Shown here piece after piece: positions 59,573 through 64,000 of a stretch of DNA of 64,000 nt (position 1 is its first letter; every line of letters begins with the position of its first letter). The position numbers and the translations under genes were made by a program. The stretch is from Oscillospiraceae bacterium (GTDB lineage Bacteria; Bacillota; Clostridia; Oscillospirales; Oscillospiraceae). The DNA lies in contig AP025583.1 of NCBI GenBank assembly GCA_022846095.1, positions 3,123,279-3,187,278 of the forward strand, in the 5' to 3' direction. The notes beneath the pieces were generated by a model. It worked only from the letters and a program-made list of their open reading frames with translations, was not told the DNA's origin and did not search any database.

Positions 59573-59773
59573 TCAAAACCGTGGGTGCGGGCGTCGGCGC
59601 AGGTTCAGGCTCCGGAGGATTCGCAGCCGGAGGCGGCGCGGCAGGGTTTGCTGTTGCGGCGGCCCCCCCCCACCCAAGGTAGCACCGGGCTCTCCGCCGC
59701 TGGCCTGCATTTGCTGAAGTAATTGTAGCATTTGATTAGGAACAAAGCCAGCGCCAAAGGGGTTGTCACTCAT
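59573..59773 (-). CDS. small hypothetical protein (66 aa)
   Basis: Excellent GAAGGAGA ribosome-binding site at optimal spacing before the ATG. N-terminus MSDNPFGAGFVPNQMLQLLQQMQ. The C-terminal Arg-rich tail could be an artefact. No family recognised. Confidence 0.35.
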   Translation of the reverse strand: MSDNPFGAGFVPNQMLQLLQQMQASGGEPGATLGGGGPPQQQTLPRRLRLRILRSLNLRRRPHPRF

Positions 59774-60002
59774 GTTTAGGTCTCCTTCTAATTTTTTGAT
59801 TCAAAAACAAAAAAGGCCGCATCCACCCACGAAGAGGCAGTTGCGGCCTTTTAAGATATGGTCCACTTCAGAAGGAGAAATACCTAGTTGCAAGTTCTGC
59901 GGGAGCGGCAAAATGTAAGGTAAGAACAGCACATTTTCTCCAATCCGGGGGTAAACATATGCTATAATATATTTATCAGCGTCAAAGGGGGCCAACAGCA
60001 GT

Positions 60003-61469
60003 ATGGACGAAATCACGAAGACTCAATGGAGGATTTTTCATCTTCTAACCTATAAGATTGTTACAGGAATATTCAGGACAGGTGAAAAGATGCTTTCACA
60101 GGCAGAAATCTGTAATTCCTATAAAGTCTCGGATCAGACTGCGCGAATCGTGCTTCAAATGCTGGAGGGGACAGGCATGGTAGAACGCTGCCGTGGCAGA
60201 GCCGCACGCGTAATTCATGACCCAGACTGCTGGACCTATAATGCTCAGCTTACCTATGTCCCCATGAACCTAGCGCATACGCGGGATATACTGTATACGG
60301 CCTGCCTAATCGTTCCCCCTTTTGTTACATTGGCGGTGAGAAAGTACAGCAGAGAACTACTTTTACAGTTAGATGAGATCCTAAAGGAGTTAAATGAATT
60401 GCTGGATGCCCCAATCCGTTTTTGGCGCACTAAGCAACGTTTTTGGCAGACCCTGGAGGCGCAGGCGGATAACTATTTTTATATGCAAGTACGTTATGCG
60501 CTTGGCCTTTTTGATTTCCGGCTACCGACAAATGAAATCCGGGAGAAGCAAATACTCTGGTTAAGGTTAATGCACAAGGCAATTCATAACAGGGACAGTT
60601 CCGTGTTTCAAGAGTTGGTAGGTCCCAATGATTATGCAGATTGGTATCAGGCGATTGGAAACCAACACTTTGAGGACATTCATGTGCCGAAACAATCCCC
60701 CTTGGTGCAGGGCGCCGGTGCAGTGCGGCAGCGCCTGCGGGATACAGAAAAGCGCTATCAGACGATTTATCTGGATATTATAAGTTGGCTTGCACTACGC
60801 GGAAGCTCGCGTGGTGAGCTGCTCCCACCCCACGAAGAGCTTGCCGCTATGTATGGGGTAAGCCACAACTCTACCGTCCCGGCACTCGGCATGTTACAGG
60901 AGCTTGGTGTCCTGAAGTCTATCCGCGGCAAGGGAACCTTTTTGCAAATGGATACTGACGACGTACGGCTTTTGCGTGTCAGCACGAACGAGGCGATACT
61001 GCGCGTACGGCGGCTCCTTGAGCAATTTCAATTTCTGGCCCTTACTACAGGGGTTGTAGCCAGTCATGCTATGGCATCGGTCTCCAAAGGGGAACTCGGT
61101 CAACTCAGAGATAGGATGGAGCAACACACGTTTCCTGGGCCGCAGGTCATCCATCTTGCACTGGAGTTACACAAATTTTTTACCCGGCATATCCAGCCAT
61201 CAGCACTACGTACAATCTTTGAGGTGCTGGAGGAGGAAATCCCAACGCGCATTGGTATGCCGGGGCTCCTGAATTATGACAGGGCCGTGTTAAATGCCTT
61301 GGAGGACGACTGCTGGAGTGTTCTCAAATATCTTGAAACCCAGGATTATGATTCTGCTGCCGCCCGCTTCCAGTCCTTCTACGAGGCGTGCTATAACCGG
61401 CTTATGTGCAATATTAAGCAAACGATTTACTGGGAGGCCACGCAGCAAATACCGGTTTATGTTTATTAA
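60003..61469 (+). CDS. GntR-family regulator with tandem duplicated (HTH + FCD-like) modules
   Basis: 488 aa with two GntR-type winged-HTH segments (~aa 30-75 LSQAEICNSYKVSDQTARIVLQMLEGTGMV, and ~aa 270-320 GELLPPHEELAAMYGVSHNSTVPALGMLQELGVLKSIRGKG). Each is followed by an alpha-helical domain. Lower-GC region. Confidence 0.65.
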   Translation: MDEITKTQWRIFHLLTYKIVTGIFRTGEKMLSQAEICNSYKVSDQTARIVLQMLEGTGMVERCRGRAARVIHDPDCWTYNAQLTYVPMNLAHTRDILYTACLIVPPFVTLAVRKYSRELLLQLDEILKELNELLDAPIRFWRTKQRFWQTLEAQADNYFYMQVRYALGLFDFRLPTNEIREKQILWLRLMHKAIHNRDSSVFQELVGPNDYADWYQAIGNQHFEDIHVPKQSPLVQGAGAVRQRLRDTEKRYQTIYLDIISWLALRGSSRGELLPPHEELAAMYGVSHNSTVPALGMLQELGVLKSIRGKGTFLQMDTDDVRLLRVSTNEAILRVRRLLEQFQFLALTTGVVASHAMASVSKGELGQLRDRMEQHTFPGPQVIHLALELHKFFTRHIQPSALRTIFEVLEEEIPTRIGMPGLLNYDRAVLNALEDDCWSVLKYLETQDYDSAAARFQSFYEACYNRLMCNIKQTIYWEATQQIPVYVY

Positions 61470-61510
61470 CATACAGCCAAATGATCGTATCACTCGTAAA
61501 TTGCTTACCG

Positions 61511-61558
61511 AAAAAACGCCAAAGCTAAGCCCCTCCGGAAAGAGGTACTTAGCTTTGA
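61511..61558. terminator. bidirectional rho-independent terminator
   Basis: Hairpin cgccaaagctaag...cttagctttgacg flanked by A6/T7 runs. Confidence 0.65.
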
Positions 61559-61801
61559 CGTTTTTTTGCTGATAAGGCTGGAATCTAATACACAATAGCC
61601 GTTACTGAGTCAAATGAAAATATTTTACCATATAAAGGTAAGATTGTTGGCTAACACTTACTTTACAGATGCAGATCTTATGTGCTACAATTCACTATAT
61701 ATACTAACTACTGCGGCATCGGCCATCAATTATCCTTCATGTTGCATACTGCCGTGGACCTACTGAAATAAAGCACAGTATGTACCTAAACTCTCAGCGC
61801 G

Positions 61802-61848
61802 GAAAAAAAGACGGGCATATCACCACACGGCGATATGCCCGTCTTTTT
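61802..61848. terminator. bidirectional rho-independent terminator immediately upstream of recombinase gene
   Basis: Perfect hairpin agacgggcatatc-accacacggc-gatatgcccgtct flanked by A7 and T6. Confidence 0.7.
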
Positions 61849-61974
61849 TCCCGCATTGTATGCAGGCCTCACAATTAAAGGTTGGTCGTAAAACATTTTT
61901 ATAAACGGCAGCTAAATGCACATAGTAAGAAGGTATAAAAATTACCAACTGAGAATGCTGGAGGAAACACGGCA

Positions 61975-62829
61975 ATGATGGAGACCAATACTTTAAGCAA
62001 AATTGAGGCATATGCGCAGTACTTGGTGCAGGAGGAGCGCAGCTGCGCTACGATTGAGAAATACCTGCGGGATGCGAAGGTCTTTCTAATCTGGCTTGGG
62101 GATCGTCCACTGGACAAGATGGCCATGCTGGGCTATAAGGAAACACTTATGGAGAAATACGCTGCCGTCAGCGTGAACTCCATGTTGGCTGCGGTGAACG
62201 GCTATCTCAAGTTCATCGGCCGGCCGGAGTGTACGGTGAAGAGCCTAAAAACTCAGCGCCGGCTGTTCTGCGCTAAAGAGCGTGAGCTGACCAAGGCGGA
62301 GTACCTGCGGCTGGTGGAAGCATCCAAACGCCAAGGGAACATGCGGCTGAGCATGGTCATGCAGGCTATCTGTTCCACGGGTATCCGGGTAAGCGAGTTG
62401 GAATTCATTACAGCGGACGCAGTGCAGACGGGCCGGGCTGAAGTGCGCTGCAAGGGCAAGCAGCGCACGGTGTTCCTGCCGCATCAACTCTGCCGCCAGC
62501 TTGCACAATACAAAAAGGAACAGGGGATCGTGGCGGGCCCGGTATTCGTTACAAAGGGTGGGCGGCCCTTGGACCGCAGCAATATTTGGGCAGAGATGAA
62601 ACGGCTGTGCAGGGAGGCAGGCGTGGCGGAAAGCAAAGTATTTCCTCATAATCTGCGCCACCTTTTCGCCCGGACTTTCTACGGTGTAGAAAAGGATATT
62701 ATCCAGCTGGCCGATCTTTTGGGCCACAGCAGCATTGAAACTACCCGTATCTATATGATCTCTACCGGAAGTGAGCATATGCAGAAGATTGATCGAATGG
62801 GGCTGGTACTCCAGTTCGGGGGAGCATAA
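61975..62829 (+). CDS. tyrosine-type site-specific recombinase (phage-integrase/Xer-like, small ~280 aa)
   Basis: Catalytic pentad context: R in ...STGIRVSEL..., H..LRH (PHNLRHLFA), and terminal ...IETTRIYM (catalytic Tyr). N-terminal SAM-like core-binding domain. GGAGGAAA ribosome-binding site. Confidence 0.85.
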   Translation: MMETNTLSKIEAYAQYLVQEERSCATIEKYLRDAKVFLIWLGDRPLDKMAMLGYKETLMEKYAAVSVNSMLAAVNGYLKFIGRPECTVKSLKTQRRLFCAKERELTKAEYLRLVEASKRQGNMRLSMVMQAICSTGIRVSELEFITADAVQTGRAEVRCKGKQRTVFLPHQLCRQLAQYKKEQGIVAGPVFVTKGGRPLDRSNIWAEMKRLCREAGVAESKVFPHNLRHLFARTFYGVEKDIIQLADLLGHSSIETTRIYMISTGSEHMQKIDRMGLVLQFGGA

Positions 62830-62889
62830 CAAAACCGCCCGGCAAAGCCAGACGGTCAACGCGTCAGGTATAGAAACGGGTACACCACA

Positions 62890-62908
62890 GAATCACTATT
62901 ATGTGGTA
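62890..62908. repeat. left inverted repeat (19 bp, GAATCACTATTATGTGGTA) of candidate invertible segment
   Basis: Exact reverse complement of 63179-63197. Lies 60 bp downstream of the recombinase stop. Confidence 0.85.
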
Positions 62909-63178
62909 TGACCGTCTTTTGTTACTCAGTTGACTGTCAATAATCCCCTGTGTACATACAGATAGTAGCACAATGCGACATTATTGGCAATAGGATTACT
63001 CAAAAAAACTCTAGGAATGGCATATGTTTTTTCCTGGATGCTGTTTTTATATCCTGTCGATGGAATATATTGTAAATTAAAACAAGCTGACATGCCCTTC
63101 CGCCATACCGGCGGAAGGGCTTTTGCTATTTTTATAGCGCTGGGTATCAGTCAAAAAATTAAGCCGACGATTTTTGCT
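62909..63178. other. 270-bp candidate invertible DNA switch (promoter + intrinsic terminator between perfect IRs)
   Basis: Bounded by 19-bp perfect inverted repeats. Contains a rightward TTGACT, 17-nt spacer, TACATA promoter-like element (62930-62958). Also contains a strong hairpin catgcccttccgcc-atac-cggcggaagggc with T-run (63091-63130). AT-rich relative to surroundings. Confidence 0.55.
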
Positions 63179-63197
63179 ACCACATAATAGTGATTCG
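63179..63197. repeat. right inverted repeat (TACCACATAATAGTGATTC) of candidate invertible segment
   Basis: Perfect reverse complement of 62890-62908. Confidence 0.85.
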
Positions 63198-63387
63198 GTT
63201 GTAATTGGATTTGGACTTAGGATTACAAAAATTGAATATTTAGCAAAGCCGATGAAAGTCGGCGACGCAAAACTACAGGGCCTTACGCCGAAGGCGTGTG
63301 GCAGCCAGCTGCACCTATAGACACGGCATAAGCGCGCCGTGCTTACGGGTGCTATTTTTCACTCATGTCAAGAAAGGACAAACGCTA

Positions 63388-63789
63388 TTGCAGATTAAAA
63401 GGTTGACGGAATATTCCATCCGCTTTCTGCTATACCTTGCCCGTCAGGAGGGAAATACAACGGTCCCCGGCGGAGAAATAGCGCAGCAAATGGGAATCGG
63501 AGCGGGCTATATCCGGCGGGTAACACACACGCTGTGCAGCGCCGGGCTGGTGGAATCTGAGCCGGGATTTCAGGGAGGGTTCTATCTGACTCGTTCGGCA
63601 GAGGAGATCACGCTATACGACGTCATGATGGCAGCAGAGGATACGATGGCGCTTAACCGGTGCCTACAGGACGAAAAATTCTGCGACCGAGGAGCTGCAC
63701 CGTACTGCAAGGTGCACCAATGCTTTATAGAGTTCCAGGGAGATATGGAAGCCCGGCTTAAGGCCGTGCGTCTCAGTGAGCTGGTTTAA
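63388..63789 (+). CDS. Rrf2-family transcriptional regulator (IscR/NsrR-like, with C-terminal Cys cluster)
   Basis: TTG start after AAAGGA. Rrf2 HTH (KRLTEYSIRFLLYLARQ ... GEIAQQMGIGAGYIRRVTHTLCSAGLVESEPGFQGGFYL). Cys-x6/7-C-x5-C candidate Fe-S ligands (CLQDEKFCDRGAAPYCKVHQC). Confidence 0.8.
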   Translation: MQIKRLTEYSIRFLLYLARQEGNTTVPGGEIAQQMGIGAGYIRRVTHTLCSAGLVESEPGFQGGFYLTRSAEEITLYDVMMAAEDTMALNRCLQDEKFCDRGAAPYCKVHQCFIEFQGDMEARLKAVRLSELV

Positions 63790-63850
63790 ATCACAGCAGG
63801 CGCGTGTCGGAGGGGAACCGACGCAGAGAAGCATGCAATGGAGGATGTTT

Positions 63851-64000
63851 ATGAGAAGAGCGAGAAGTAACCGCCTTGTGGCGGTGGCGTTGACGGCGGT
63901 GTTGACAGTAAGCAGCGTGGGCTTGGCGCTTGGCCGGGAGACAGAGCGCGCCTATGATGCTCCTGAGCTGCTGCTGACTCAAGGGCAGGATGTCTATGAC
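63851..64000 (+). CDS. secreted protein (signal peptide), N-terminal fragment (runs off the window end)
   Basis: GGAGGA ribosome-binding site. MRRARSNRLVAVALTAVLTVSSVGLALG is a signal peptide. The ORF continues past position 64000. Confidence 0.6.
   Translation, partial: MRRARSNRLVAVALTAVLTVSSVGLALGRETERAYDAPELLLTQGQDVYD

Noticed and set aside
62984-63187. 67-aa hydrophobic ORF inside the candidate invertible segment
   Set aside because: It runs through the terminator hairpin and into the right inverted repeat, with no ribosome-binding site. More likely non-coding switch DNA, though a tiny membrane peptide cannot be excluded.

Overview
High-GC chromosomal segment (roughly two-thirds G+C by eye) from a spore-forming Firmicute. 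Evidence for Clostridia: a spoIIAA-spoIIAB-sigF operon, a T-box leader ahead of valS, and a buk/ptb/2-oxoacid:ferredoxin oxidoreductase fermentation cluster. Main contents, in order: (1) partial aspA, a BclA-like collagen-repeat protein, a ~1,050-aa Sel1-repeat protein, and a radical-SAM SPL-like protein. (2) ~7.9 kb bounded by two inverted copies of a ~260-bp structured repeat, holding an ECF sigma/anti-sigma pair, GtrA/GtrB-like glycosylation genes, the sigF operon, and two lipoproteins, one frameshifted in a C5 tract. (3) DUF3795, a WYL/YafY regulator, T-box–small membrane protein–valS. (4) A low-GC islet with a hypothetical protein and a Mac-type acetyltransferase. (5) An HxlR-linked cluster: cupin, SDR, 3-hydroxyacyl-CoA-DH-like, cyclase, MFS transporter, BKACE (DUF849) enzyme. 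(6) M16 peptidase, then a DUF1836–NfeD–flotillin operon behind a near-consensus promoter with a palindromic spacer. (7) Two secreted 5'-nucleotidase/metallophosphatase paralogs, one LysM-tagged and one SLH-anchored with a C-terminal CX5R phosphatase-like domain. (8) prfB with no programmed frameshift, then tRNA-Leu(UAA) and initiator tRNA-fMet. (9) LysR plus a UbiD/UbiX/LpdD-like aromatic-acid decarboxylase operon. (10) A ~14-kb IclR-headed minus-strand operon: TRAP transporter, cysteine-rich hydrolase-like protein, FrdA-like flavoprotein with 2Fe-2S partner, M20 amidohydrolase, LDH-like dehydrogenase, four-subunit 2-oxoacid:ferredoxin oxidoreductase, butyrate kinase, phosphate butyryltransferase, YhaM/CyuA-like cysteine desulfidase. 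(11) A lower-GC 3' region with a tandem-GntR regulator, a small tyrosine recombinase followed by a 270-bp segment flanked by perfect 19-bp inverted repeats (candidate invertible promoter/terminator switch), an Rrf2 regulator, and the start of a secreted protein. No CRISPR array, rRNA, or transposase was seen.
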